Source: a virus (lineage: Duplodnaviria; Caudoviricetes). Taken from it: a stretch of DNA of 37,219 nucleotides. The notes beneath the pieces were generated by a model. That model made no database searches and was not told the DNA's origin. It worked only from the letters and a program-made list of their open reading frames with translations. Below, piece after piece: positions 14,725-24,314 of the stretch. The position numbers were made by a program, and so were the translations under genes. The first letter of the stretch is position 1. Each line of letters opens with the position of its first letter. The stretch covers positions 1 through 37,219 of IMG/VR virus record IMGVR_UViG_3300047463_000227; one strand, 5' to 3'.

Positions 14725-16349
14725 CGAAACAAGCCCGAAGAGTTTTCGACAGGCGGAAGGAGCAGGCCACCAAACTGTCCGCCCCCGAACAGAAGGGGCC
14801 GGACTTGTCGCGGTAACTCCTTCAAACTGGCCGGCGTTGGCACCACGCCGCCATTGCGGACAAGCTCAGATACCCTATTGACGTTGCCGGCCGTCGCGGC
14901 TGTGGCTGCACGCCTAGCCCCCTCTCCCGCGAGCATGACGGCCCCGGCCGTAACCGGGTCAAAGGCGGCGGCCGTTCCAAGGTGAAATCCGCCGCTAACA
15001 ACGCCTCGGGGCGCAAGTTTGCCGACGTAGCGAAGCAGATTGTCGATTGGGCCACCGACCGCCGCTTTCTTAATGGCTTCCTGTTCCGCTTCCGAGAAGC
15101 CTCTCATCTTGTTTTTGTTCAGTGCCAGCGCCCGGAACTCCGTCCGCAACGCATTCTCGTATCCCGACCCTGAGAACTGGCCGGCGCGAATCTTGGCGCG
15201 ATCAACCAGATTATCGATCAATTCTCCCTTTCTGGTGCGAGACCACAAATCCCGCGCCTTGACCAGGGCATCGACGCCGGCCTTATCGCCGGCCACGAGC
15301 GAAAAATCTTCTGGCTTAAGATGGGAAATGAAGTCGTCAAATTTCTCCTTCATCATAGAACCAAGGAAACGCTCCTTCGAACTCATCTTGTTGCCGGCTG
15401 GAATGTCCAGCTTTTGTCGGAGAATCTCCGCTTCCTCGAGAGTGATCCGCGATCCCTTGGCCTCTATCAGACGATTGAGCGCGGTATGCGCCTCCTTGGT
15501 CAGATCCTTATCAATGCCGTACTTTTTCATATCGGCGGCCAGCTCATCGACAAAATCGACAAACCGATTGCGGCCTATCACGACGCCGGCATCTTCGGCC
15601 TGCTTGTATGCGGCATTTGCTGATAGCTTCAGATCCTCGGCGGACGGCACGGCCTTTCCGGCCGCGCGTTGTGCCATCTTTGCACCAATCGCCCCCGTCG
15701 CCGCGCCAGTCAACGCCCCCGTCGCCGCGCCGCCAGCCGCGTTTTCGAGGCGGTTTTGCAATCCGCCTTCACCTGAACCAAAGCCATAAGCCCCGCCGTA
15801 AAGAGCGCCTTCCGCCGCGCCGCGACCAATCATTGATGCGTAAGTCGGCTTTGCCGCATTCAAGAATGTAGCCCCGGCCCTCGACATAAGGCCGCCCAAT
15901 CCAAGACCGCCCGCCAATTCCGCCGCAGTCGAAGCAATCGGGTTTTCCTCGGCGTAAGCCTTCATACCCTCGCGCTGCGCCGACAGGCGGCGATCATAGG
16001 CGTCCCCCGCCGCATTCTTGACATCGGCCCAGTTCGGCATCTGGCCGGCTTTCACACTACCGACGATTGACTTTAGAGCGCCGCCTGTAGCTGCGCCGGC
16101 CGCCCCGACTTCGTCAGCAAGCCCGAACGTAGCCCCCTGCTTTAGAAAATCGGTCAAGCCGACGTTGTTAGTGCCGGGCTTAAGTTCCGGCGCGGGCTGC
16201 GCGGAAGCCGGCTTAAAGCCGATCTTGGCGTCGAACTGGTCGCGCGGCATATCGCTATAGAATTTCTTGTGCAGCGCATCGGCTAATGCGGCGTCGCTCA
16301 TGTCCCCGTATTGGGGATACTGCTGCCGGATGTCGGCAAGGGTCGCCAT
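14721..16349 (-). CDS. internal virion / DNA ejection protein (542 aa)
   Basis: IRQQYPQY.DMSD..LADALH.KFYSD N-terminal motif, QGATFGLADE, Ala/Gly-rich, last of three genes in the ejection block. Confidence 0.75.
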   Translation of the reverse strand: MATLADIRQQYPQYGDMSDAALADALHKKFYSDMPRDQFDAKIGFKPASAQPAPELKPGTNNVGLTDFLKQGATFGLADEVGAAGAATGGALKSIVGSVKAGQMPNWADVKNAAGDAYDRRLSAQREGMKAYAEENPIASTAAELAGGLGLGGLMSRAGATFLNAAKPTYASMIGRGAAEGALYGGAYGFGSGEGGLQNRLENAAGGAATGALTGAATGAIGAKMAQRAAGKAVPSAEDLKLSANAAYKQAEDAGVVIGRNRFVDFVDELAADMKKYGIDKDLTKEAHTALNRLIEAKGSRITLEEAEILRQKLDIPAGNKMSSKERFLGSMMKEKFDDFISHLKPEDFSLVAGDKAGVDALVKARDLWSRTRKGELIDNLVDRAKIRAGQFSGSGYENALRTEFRALALNKNKMRGFSEAEQEAIKKAAVGGPIDNLLRYVGKLAPRGVVSGGFHLGTAAAFDPVTAGAVMLAGEGARRAATAATAGNVNRVSELVRNGGVVPTPASLKELPRQVRPLLFGGGQFGGLLLPPVENSSGLFR

Positions 16350-17611
16350 CAGCGAAGCCCCAGCGGGTCCGGGGTGGCCGGTGCCGGCGTTTGCGGCGCA
16401 ATCCTGACAGACGCCCGCGCCCTGCCCGCCTCCACGACCTCGCGCAGATCCTTGAGCGCCGCGCGCATGTCTTTTTCGCTCAGACCGAGATTGATGCGAG
16501 CAATTGCGGCCGTAGCCTTCGCGCCCTCGGTCTCGGTGATCTGGCCGCCACCCTTCAGCTTCTCGAAGGCTTCCAGGAACGCGCCGCCCTTGATCTGCTC
16601 AACCCGCTGGCCGAGATCAAACATGGGGGTGCCAGCAACGCGGGTCAGAGGAGAAGTCAGGCCGGTTGACCATTTCAGATAGGGGTGCTTTTCCACACCC
16701 TCGATGTTCTTCAACATCTGATCGGCGGATGCGATAGCGCCTGGAGCCGCCGCAGCCTGTTCGCCTTCTGCTCCGCCCAGCGCCTTATCGCGGGCAGGCG
16801 TGCGGTTGTCCTTGGGGATTATGTTGGTCGTCTGACCGCTCGGCGTGACGAGGGCCGTGCCCGTGCCCGTGTCTACGGTTTTAACGGGAGGGGTGAAGGA
16901 AAAGCCCGGCGGGAACTGCACGGGGCGCGCTGCCGCGCCGCGATTGGAAAGCTGCGCGAGGATCGGATTTCCCTTTTCATCCACACCGGGAATCGGCGTC
17001 AGGCCGTATTGTTCTGCCGCGCCTGCGGAATGCTTCACCGCGAGGAACTCCGTGAACGAGCCCGTGTATCCGTTCTTTTTGGCGAACTCAAACTCTTGGA
17101 TGGTCGCGGTCGGGTCTTTCCCGGCGATGTTTTTGGCGACAAGCGCCGAGAACTGATCGGGGAATGCAGCCGCGTAGGATTTCAGCGCCGCCATATCCTG
17201 ACCGGGGAACATCTGCGCGACAGGCGGCTGCATGTTGGCCGCAGCCTGCGGGGTGGGGCCATTCCTGTCATTGCCGGCCATAGCAAATTGTGCGCTCGGG
17301 ACGGCAAACATCTCCTCTATGGCCTTCGCCTGGGCGGTGCGCTGCTCCTGCTTGCGCTTCGCCTCCTCGAGCTGGGTCTGCGCCATCTGCTGCTGAAGCG
17401 CGGCGGATTTCATCGCTGCCGCATTGGTAAGCGACCCCTGATAGTTCTTGGCGAAGCCGCCGAACCCTTCGGCAAGGCCCTTTGCCATGCCGCCGGGCTG
17501 CAACGACGGTGCGCCGCCGGCCATGAGCCCTTGCGCCAGAGCCATGAGGCCCGCATAGCCCGCCTGCTGGCGGTCGTCGGCGGTAAGCATCGGATTGTTG
17601 GCGAACAGCAT
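16349..17611 (-). CDS. internal virion / DNA ejection protein (420 aa)
   Basis: AFLEAFEKLKGGGQITETEGAKATAAIAR motif and DPLGLR C-terminus. Confidence 0.75.
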   Translation of the reverse strand: MLFANNPMLTADDRQQAGYAGLMALAQGLMAGGAPSLQPGGMAKGLAEGFGGFAKNYQGSLTNAAAMKSAALQQQMAQTQLEEAKRKQEQRTAQAKAIEEMFAVPSAQFAMAGNDRNGPTPQAAANMQPPVAQMFPGQDMAALKSYAAAFPDQFSALVAKNIAGKDPTATIQEFEFAKKNGYTGSFTEFLAVKHSAGAAEQYGLTPIPGVDEKGNPILAQLSNRGAAARPVQFPPGFSFTPPVKTVDTGTGTALVTPSGQTTNIIPKDNRTPARDKALGGAEGEQAAAAPGAIASADQMLKNIEGVEKHPYLKWSTGLTSPLTRVAGTPMFDLGQRVEQIKGGAFLEAFEKLKGGGQITETEGAKATAAIARINLGLSEKDMRAALKDLREVVEAGRARASVRIAPQTPAPATPDPLGLR

Positions 17612-17614
17612 GGC

Positions 17615-18415
17615 TTAGACCCCGAACACGTTGCCGAATGCGCCGTTCTTGCCGAACAGCATTCCCGCCGTACCCGCAGCGCCCAATCCCAAACCGCCAT
17701 ACGCGGCAAGGTTGTTGCCGAATACCGGCTGTTGCGATGTGCTCGATCCGCCGTACTGCCCACCCGCCACGATGGGCATATAGCGCGCCAGCTTTTCGTA
17801 GTCCTTGTTCTGGTCGAAGTTGAAGCGGGCAATCTGGTCCTGAAGCTCCGCCCCGGCCAACCCTTCGCGCTGCGCCCCGACCTGCAGAAGCTTGGACATA
17901 TCGCCATAGTCCGTCTCGGCAAGCTGCGGGGCGTACTGCGCCGCCTGCTGCATCGCGCCGCGTTCCTGGCTGTAGTTCTGGAAGGCCAGCGGGGCGAGTG
18001 CTTCCGACAATGCCGAGGCCGTGGCGTATTGGTGCTGAGGCGTGCCGTAGTTGTTGGTCGAGGCGAACTGCGCGTCCATCTTGGGACGGATCTGGTTATA
18101 GACGCGATCCGCCATCGCCCCGAAATACGGGTTGCCGGCAGAAAGGAAATCCCCCTGCATCGTCGCGCCTGTCAGGTTCTTGGCCTGCGCGTTGAGAGGC
18201 GAGCCGGCCGCCGCCCGGTTCTCGATCCGCTGCAATCCCGTCTCAGTCTGATTGGAGAACGGGACCACGGTCGAATTGGGGAAGTATTGCGGCTTGTCGC
18301 TGTTGAAGGCGTCTTTCGCCTTGTTAAACCCGAACTCGAGGAACGGCTGCTGAGCCGACCACGGCTGCGAGTTCTGCTGCGTCGTTACGATGTTGGCGGG
18401 CTTTGACGATCCCAT
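17615..18415 (-). CDS. internal virion / ejection (pilot-like) protein
   Basis: MGSSKP..TTQ..PWSAQQPFL N-terminus, NPYF, Gln/Ala-rich, Gly-rich hydrophobic C-terminus. Confidence 0.7.
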   Translation of the reverse strand: MGSSKPANIVTTQQNSQPWSAQQPFLEFGFNKAKDAFNSDKPQYFPNSTVVPFSNQTETGLQRIENRAAAGSPLNAQAKNLTGATMQGDFLSAGNPYFGAMADRVYNQIRPKMDAQFASTNNYGTPQHQYATASALSEALAPLAFQNYSQERGAMQQAAQYAPQLAETDYGDMSKLLQVGAQREGLAGAELQDQIARFNFDQNKDYEKLARYMPIVAGGQYGGSSTSQQPVFGNNLAAYGGLGLGAAGTAGMLFGKNGAFGNVFGV

Positions 18416-18819
18416 AGCTTCTTTTCCAGTTCGACGTGGGTCCAACGGTAGTCTTTGAGAATCCGCCGCCAGCCGGGACGCGCCGTGACTTTCATCAGCG
18501 TGCATCCCTGAGCCGCTGCCCAGGTCTCGATGGTGTTCAGGTGCTCGATCCACTCATCACGGTCCTGACCCGTGACGATGGGCAGGGTGCAGACCCTGCG
18601 GTTCGGGTAGTTCAGAATCTCGGTGCAGCACGCCAGCAGCACGTCGTTGCCCCGATAGGCAATCCAGAGCTGCCAGCCGCCCGTCTCCAGGTACTTCCTG
18701 ACATCTTCAGCCCCGAAACAGGGCTCCCCCCGCTTCAGTGCCTCGGCTATCAACTTCTCGACATACGGCCACACCGCCCCCAATCGAGAGGACGGCACGC
18801 CGCTGAACTGGACGGTCAA
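18385..18819 (-). CDS. GNAT-fold virion assembly protein (P22 gp14/T7 gp13-like position)
   Basis: VWPYV...QLW...TEI..YP..R...G..W...IE.WA..QGC......RPGW.R.L pattern, just before the ejection genes. Confidence 0.7.
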   Translation of the reverse strand: MTVQFSGVPSSRLGAVWPYVEKLIAEALKRGEPCFGAEDVRKYLETGGWQLWIAYRGNDVLLACCTEILNYPNRRVCTLPIVTGQDRDEWIEHLNTIETWAAAQGCTLMKVTARPGWRRILKDYRWTHVELEKKLWDRQSPPTS

Positions 18820-18855
18820 TGGACAAAAGCCCCCGGTTGTGCTAGGGATATAGTC

Positions 18856-19176
18856 ATGCGTGTATTGATTGCGGGCCTCGCGGCCCTGTTATTCGCCGGT
18901 CCCGCTATGGCGGAGCCGATCCCGGCCGACGTGCTCGAAACCATGCGGTCCTCGTGCATGAGGAACCACGGCCAGAAGCCCGGTGGACCCACGTACTGCA
19001 CTTGCATGGCAGTCGAGACCGCCAAGAACATCAGCCTCCAACAGCTCGCCACGATTGAAGGCGAAATCACCGCTGCGGTGGGGCGCGGCATGAGCCCCCA
19101 GCAGGCGGGGGCCAGCATCTCCGAGTTTCAGGTTATCGAGCGGACCTGTCAGCGCGCTTCGGCACAACGGCCTTAA
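18856..19176 (+). CDS. secreted four-Cys protein, antisense moron
   Basis: Signal peptide MRVLIAGLAALLFAGPAMA and C..YCTC..C. TGGACA-N17-TAGGGA promoter at 18820-18848. Confidence 0.75.
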   Translation: MRVLIAGLAALLFAGPAMAEPIPADVLETMRSSCMRNHGQKPGGPTYCTCMAVETAKNISLQQLATIEGEITAAVGRGMSPQQAGASISEFQVIERTCQRASAQRP

Positions 19177-20200
19177 GCCAACCCGCCGCGTAGCACAGCG
19201 GCTCCAGAACCGCCCGCTCCGCCGCTCCGATCCAATCCCGCTTGCCGCGCTTCTGCTTCCAGATGTCGGCCGTCCGGTGACGGGCGATGTGCTCGAGCGT
19301 CTTTCGCAGCCAGACCGGCCCGTTTTCCCTGTAGGCCCTTTCTATCAGAGGGCGGAAAATCGCGTGATAGCCCCGCTGGTACTCAGGGGCCAGATCGCGG
19401 GACTGAGCAAGCCAGAGCTTCTGTCTGAATGAGCCAAAACCGTAGGCCCGGCACATGGCGGTGCAGACGATCTTAGAACTGCCACCGCCAGAGTCGCCGG
19501 AGCCAAGATCCGACATACCGTAGCTGGACGGCGTGCCAAGCGCCCCGTAACCGGCGACCGTGCCATCTGCTGTCGTGGACATTGCGCCGCCCGTGCCGGG
19601 GGAAATGCCGCCGAGACCGGAGCCGCCAATCGCGGGCTCCAGCGTCATCGGGCCTTCGTACTGAGGGCTGGGCGCAAGCCCGAAGTCGCCGGAAATCATG
19701 CCTGCCATCGCGCTATCCGACATCGGATCGAAGCCCTGGCCGACCTGACCGCCCAGCAGCCCGCCGGCTACGGCACCCAACGGCCCGGCCAGCGCAAGTC
19801 CCGCAAGAGAGCCCAGCGCCGACCCGCCCGCACGGCCGGGGCCGTGGCCACCAGCCATGCCGCCACCAAACGACCCGAACATTCCAGCGACTGGCCCGGC
19901 AATGGTACTTGCCAGCGCGCCGCCTAAACCGGATGCGACTGTTCCGCGATCTGGCGTGAGATCGGCAAGGCTGACATTCCCCATGCCCCGCCCGCCATCG
20001 TTTGGCGCTGAGAAGCCGCGATCCCCGCCGCCCGTTTCCGGCGCTCCGAGGGTCGTCGAACGTGACACCGCCGCCTGCTGCTGTATCTCGGGCGATGCTT
20101 CGGGGCGAACGCTCGGGATAAGCCCCTGCTGCGGCATCTGGGCGAGGACAAAGCGATTGCCGTCCCACCTGTGATAATCGCGGGGCATCCCGTACAGCAT
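19133..20200 (-). CDS. Gly-rich virion-associated protein with a C-terminal 'KIVCT' domain
   Basis: Glycine-zipper region, then GGGSSKIVCTAM..YGFGSFR..W...YQRGYH.IF.PL. Confidence 0.7.
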   Translation of the reverse strand: MLYGMPRDYHRWDGNRFVLAQMPQQGLIPSVRPEASPEIQQQAAVSRSTTLGAPETGGGDRGFSAPNDGGRGMGNVSLADLTPDRGTVASGLGGALASTIAGPVAGMFGSFGGGMAGGHGPGRAGGSALGSLAGLALAGPLGAVAGGLLGGQVGQGFDPMSDSAMAGMISGDFGLAPSPQYEGPMTLEPAIGGSGLGGISPGTGGAMSTTADGTVAGYGALGTPSSYGMSDLGSGDSGGGSSKIVCTAMCRAYGFGSFRQKLWLAQSRDLAPEYQRGYHAIFRPLIERAYRENGPVWLRKTLEHIARHRTADIWKQKRGKRDWIGAAERAVLEPLCYAAGWLKAVVPKRADRSAR

Positions 20201-20203
20201 GGC

Positions 20204-20854
20204 TTACTCCACGTGCTTCCAAGTCTTCCGATTGACCACATCCGAAACCTTGGTCTGCGCTACGCCGTATATCCACGCGAGTTTCTGCTGTGTTAGTCCG
20301 CCGCTCCGGTAGAGAGATCGGATTGCGCGAACATCGCTTTCCTTAAGCGTGGCCATGCCGGAACGCTCGCCGCGAGCCTGCCGACCCTTGGTGTCCCTAT
20401 CCCGCACGTTGTCCGCTGGCGTACCCAAGAACAGGTGGGTCGGATTCACGCAGAGCCGATTGTCGCACTTGTGGCAGACGAGCATTCCTGCGGGAACGCC
20501 GCCTTTGGCAAACAAGTACGAATACTTGTGCGCCGGATGCTGCACATTCTTGATCTTGAAGCGTCCGTAGCCGCCGACTGGTTCGCGCCAACCCAGCCAG
20601 GTCCAGCATCCATCGACCGACGACTTATCAACGAGAGCCCAAAAATCCGCCTCTCTGTTTGCGGGGCGCCCCTCTGCTTCATGAAGCAGGCAGCCACACG
20701 ACTTGATGCCACCGTTCTTCAGGTGGCTTGCCGTGACGACCGTTTCGCCGCCGCAATCACAGCGACAACGCCACAGCCTTTTGCCGTGAGCGTTACTACC
20801 GGCCGGCGCGATGGCGGTCAGGCGATTAAATTTGAGGCCGAGAAGTTGAAGCAT
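20204..20854 (-). CDS. free-standing HNH homing endonuclease
   Basis: G.KFNRLT..W.CRCDCG..SCGC, CWTW.G..GYG..AH...VCHKCDNRLCVNPTHLFLGT..DN..D, and a C-terminal HTH. Confidence 0.9.
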   Translation of the reverse strand: MLQLLGLKFNRLTAIAPAGSNAHGKRLWRCRCDCGGETVVTASHLKNGGIKSCGCLLHEAEGRPANREADFWALVDKSSVDGCWTWLGWREPVGGYGRFKIKNVQHPAHKYSYLFAKGGVPAGMLVCHKCDNRLCVNPTHLFLGTPADNVRDRDTKGRQARGERSGMATLKESDVRAIRSLYRSGGLTQQKLAWIYGVAQTKVSDVVNRKTWKHVE

Positions 20855-21225
20855 GCAAGTAAAATGGCTCCGAGTATCGCGAGGCGGAACGTCTTGTCCG
20901 TCTGCGCGTTGTTGGCGTGCGTCACGGTCCATGACCCGTTGTTCATGTTCGCTGCCGTCACGTAGGTCGTTGCAAGGGCCGCCGCCGCGTTCGCCGTCAT
21001 CGGCATGAAGCCGACATAGGAGAACGCCGTCAGCCTGGGGTCGGTTAGTGTCGTGCTCGCCGCGTTCGCGGTGAGGGTGAAGTCTGCGTCCGCCACGCGG
21101 TAAACCGCGTTCAGCTTGCCCGCGTTGATCCGGTTGACCACCGAGGCAATCGCGCGGGCGAAGGTTCTGACACCGGCCCAGCTATCCTGTCCGATGTCGG
21201 TAGGCGAGTTCAGGAACAGCGGCAT
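20818..21225 (-). CDS. small tail structural protein
   Basis: GKLNA...TLTANAASTTLTDPR...PMTANAAA...THANNAQTDKTF, in the tail operon. Confidence 0.7.
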   Translation of the reverse strand: MPLFLNSPTDIGQDSWAGVRTFARAIASVVNRINAGKLNAVYRVADADFTLTANAASTTLTDPRLTAFSYVGFMPMTANAAAALATTYVTAANMNNGSWTVTHANNAQTDKTFRLAILGAILLACFNFSASNLIA

Positions 21226-21228
21226 GGG

Positions 21229-22191
21229 TCAGTATTCCCCGCCGCCGAGCAGGCCGCCGGTCGCCGCCGTGGCAACGGGAGCCGCTATTCCATACTTCCG
21301 CATGATCTCGATGATGCTGGGGTCGAAGACGACGTAATTGCTTGTTCCGCTTCCCGCTCCGCGTGAGCCTTGGTCTAGGTAGCGGATGCCGGGGATGCCG
21401 GATTGTTGCATTAGGTCTGCGGCAGCACTTGAGTTGCGTCCTCCCATTGGATGATTATTTTTAGAGATTGCCTCGTAGAGTTCTTTCCCGTTTTTGGCGT
21501 CGTATGGGTAAAGGACTAAGGCATCATTTAGTTTCTTGGTTATTTCGGCCTGCCCGCTCAGCGGCTTATCCCAATCCAGAAACCTCTGCGGGTCTGCGTG
21601 CAGGTTGACCTCATACATGCGGCCGGGGCCCTTGCCGGTCAGCGCGTCGAAGTTGTTAACAACGTCCTGCCACAGCTTGCCATCGCTGTACTTCGTCGTG
21701 GCTCGCATGTTGGCATCAGCGGCGGATATTGCGGCGAGACGATCCCCGCCGTATTGATCAAGCAGTTTTTTTGCCGCGTCTATGCGGTCGGCCCCGAGAT
21801 AAAGGGGCTGTCCAGCCGCCTTGTAACTCCGCGCCACCCCCTCATTCTCCGCGAAGTACAGCCCGTGTCCGTAAGCCTGCGCGCCCTCTCCTGTTCCTAT
21901 CTTTCCAAGGTCGAACCTGTCGAAATCGTGCGGGCTGCCGTGATACGCCCTGATCGGGCTCGCCACCCTCCTGATCGGGTCGGTGCTCATCATCATGGCT
22001 ACAGGACTATCTAGGAACGCCTGGACCGCCCCCCTGTCGTTCAGGGGCTTGCCCTGCGCCGCCTGTCCCGCCTGCGCGATCTGCGCTGCGGCCGATGGCA
22101 TACCCAATAACCCGGCCAATCCCGGCCATTTATCGTAAGCAGCAAGAAGGCCGCGACCGTATTCGGCGGCATCGCCAAAAAGTCCGGGCAT
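21229..22191 (-). CDS. stand-alone ADP-ribosyltransferase-like protein (polyvalent-protein ART family)
   Basis: AYHGSPHDFDRF..IGTGEGAQAYGHGLYFAE...GIPGIRYLD..SR...NYVVFD, with a TGATG overlap. Confidence 0.7.
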   Translation of the reverse strand: MPGLFGDAAEYGRGLLAAYDKWPGLAGLLGMPSAAAQIAQAGQAAQGKPLNDRGAVQAFLDSPVAMMMSTDPIRRVASPIRAYHGSPHDFDRFDLGKIGTGEGAQAYGHGLYFAENEGVARSYKAAGQPLYLGADRIDAAKKLLDQYGGDRLAAISAADANMRATTKYSDGKLWQDVVNNFDALTGKGPGRMYEVNLHADPQRFLDWDKPLSGQAEITKKLNDALVLYPYDAKNGKELYEAISKNNHPMGGRNSSAAADLMQQSGIPGIRYLDQGSRGAGSGTSNYVVFDPSIIEIMRKYGIAAPVATAATGGLLGGGEY

Positions 22192-23687
22192 CAGCGATTG
22201 CCTTCCTGCCTCAACCGCGCCTCGCAGCCCCACAGGTGCGACCAGCTACCGCCAGCCGCTATCGAGATTCTGGCCCTTGCGTTACGGGCCGCGATCCGCT
22301 GCGGCGCGAAACCGTCAGACCCCACGCTCGTCGCCGTGGTGTAGGTCACGCTGCTTGAAAACTGATCCCGATATCCAACCGCGGCGGTAATGGTCCCACC
22401 GTCCACCAGCGGCCTGACGCCGCCGATAAACACCCGCATTCCATCCGTGCCGTCGATTTCCGCCGTGTCTACCGTGGCCGCTACCGCAGAGCCGGCGAAG
22501 TTCGCCAGGTTGTGCGACGTGTTGAACGCCGAGAGGATCAGGCGTCCGCCCGTCCACACCCGGCTATCAAGCGAATAGGGCAGCGTGTCGATGTTGTAGC
22601 CAAGCGCATCAAGCTGCTCGATGTTGGTGGACTGACTCAGCGACCGGAAGATCAGCTCGCAAACATGGTCGGTGCTTTTCGACCACCAGCCCGTCTCCCA
22701 GTTATAGCAAAGCAGCCTGTTCGGGTTGCCGTTGCTCGCAGAGGCGTTCGGGTATGCCCAAAACACGTTTTTGTTAATCGGATCGGCCGCCGCATAGATG
22801 CGGTGAAAGTTCGTCTGGTCCAGGTCCGAATAGAACGTCTTATCGACCTTATTCGCCCCAATCGCTACCGATCTTGAGCCATCGAAGGCATAGAATCCGT
22901 CTTCTCCCAGGTAGAAGGCCAGCGGCCCGACGTTCACCACGCTATTCGGTGCCGGCGTTCCTCTCGCCCGCTCGATTTCGCGGAAAGCGAAGATATCCGG
23001 CGGACCCACGTACTCAATTCGATAGATCGCCGTGTCCATGAACACGGCACCCTGGGCACCACCAATCGCACCAAGGACAGTCTGGACGTGGCCGCCCGCG
23101 AGGTTGCTGTTAGAGCCCGATTGCGCCGCCGCCGCCGCTGCGGTTGCCAGTGTCGGCCAGCTTGTCGGATCGTTGATACCGGACCAGTGAAGCCCGTTTG
23201 CCGCCGTGCTCAGGTTCCCCACCATGAGAAACCCGGGCTCTATCCACGCTACATGCGCCCCCTTGGGGGCGGATGCAGAAAGATCGGCAAAGGCCGAAGA
23301 TGAATCGAGCGTCCAACTCTGAATGTTATTTGTGTAATTGGTCGCAATGACCCGTTCCTGCGCCTGACAGAAGCGCCACGTCGCATCCGCCGCCGTCGCA
23401 TAAGTGGTGCCGGATACATTCGAGAATGCACCCGAAACCAGCCGGTAAAGCTTCGTTGCATCCCCGCCAAACGTCGTCACCGTGCTGGCAAGCGAACGGC
23501 CCGAGAATGCCCCCTGACACCGCGCCGAGAGTGGCGTGGTGGACAGCGCCGACAGGCTCAAGAGCGGGCCATAGCTCTTGTCAGATCGCGGGATCACCCC
23601 GCTTGCTTCCGTGCTCCCCGGATTCGCGTGTGCGGGAAGGTCCGGCAACCATTCGGCGGCCGGGACCTTTACAACCTGCATCGGCAT
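22191..23687 (-). CDS. tail nozzle/hub protein (P22 gp10-like)
   Basis: EWLPD N-terminus, WSGINDPTSW, FYLGEDGFYAFDG...IG..KVD, beta-propeller-like, located after the adaptor. Confidence 0.8.
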   Translation of the reverse strand: MPMQVVKVPAAEWLPDLPAHANPGSTEASGVIPRSDKSYGPLLSLSALSTTPLSARCQGAFSGRSLASTVTTFGGDATKLYRLVSGAFSNVSGTTYATAADATWRFCQAQERVIATNYTNNIQSWTLDSSSAFADLSASAPKGAHVAWIEPGFLMVGNLSTAANGLHWSGINDPTSWPTLATAAAAAAQSGSNSNLAGGHVQTVLGAIGGAQGAVFMDTAIYRIEYVGPPDIFAFREIERARGTPAPNSVVNVGPLAFYLGEDGFYAFDGSRSVAIGANKVDKTFYSDLDQTNFHRIYAAADPINKNVFWAYPNASASNGNPNRLLCYNWETGWWSKSTDHVCELIFRSLSQSTNIEQLDALGYNIDTLPYSLDSRVWTGGRLILSAFNTSHNLANFAGSAVAATVDTAEIDGTDGMRVFIGGVRPLVDGGTITAAVGYRDQFSSSVTYTTATSVGSDGFAPQRIAARNARARISIAAGGSWSHLWGCEARLRQEGNR

Positions 23688-24314
23688 TTAGAATGCCGTG
23701 GGCCTGAAGCGCCACGTCGAGAGGCGTTCGGCGTCGTCGCCTCTCAGGGTGGCCAGCGCCTCGAGTTCGGTTTCCTTCCAGTCCTCCGCCTGCTCACGGT
23801 CCTTGATGACGTTCTTATAGAGATACCAGGTCGCACGGGAGCGGATCAGTTCTTCTCCGTCCGTGGTCCAGCAGTTGGTGTCCGTGGTGGCGGACAGGGT
23901 GGCCTGTCGCGTGGTTCCCGAGACCACGATGACCCGGGCCGCGTTCGGTATGGGGTAGAGCCTGAGTTGCTGCCGGTAATAGGTGTAATCGGTCGGATCG
24001 CCCGGGGTGTTGGTCGAACTGGAAACTTCGTCGATATAGGCGAAATCGCGCTTCTCCAGCGTGTAATGGGTTGAGCCCACCGTGATCCGCACGGAATCAA
24101 TGTTGCTCAGGCCCGGGATGCTCGAGTTATCCGCCGAGCCGTAGTATTCCTGGCTGATCGAGGTCGAGAGCGTGAACTGGTTTTCATTGAAGTAAAACGG
24201 CTTGCGCTCGTAGTAGGCGACCGCAGACTTGATCGCCTTCTGGATCTGTGTCGTCAGGTCGGCGCGGGCCAGTTCGTCCGCAATGCGGTCGGCCATCGTC
24301 CCAAACGTGCTCAT
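23688..24314 (-). CDS. head-tail adaptor protein
   Basis: MSTFGTM.DRIADEL.R.DL...G.P..Y....LRLYPIP...TNCW pattern and position. Confidence 0.8.
   Translation of the reverse strand: MSTFGTMADRIADELARADLTTQIQKAIKSAVAYYERKPFYFNENQFTLSTSISQEYYGSADNSSIPGLSNIDSVRITVGSTHYTLEKRDFAYIDEVSSSTNTPGDPTDYTYYRQQLRLYPIPNAARVIVVSGTTRQATLSATTDTNCWTTDGEELIRSRATWYLYKNVIKDREQAEDWKETELEALATLRGDDAERLSTWRFRPTAF

Noticed and set aside
16685-18406. 573-aa plus-strand ORF
   Set aside because: Antisense shadow of the ejection genes in GC-rich DNA, with no motifs or RBS.
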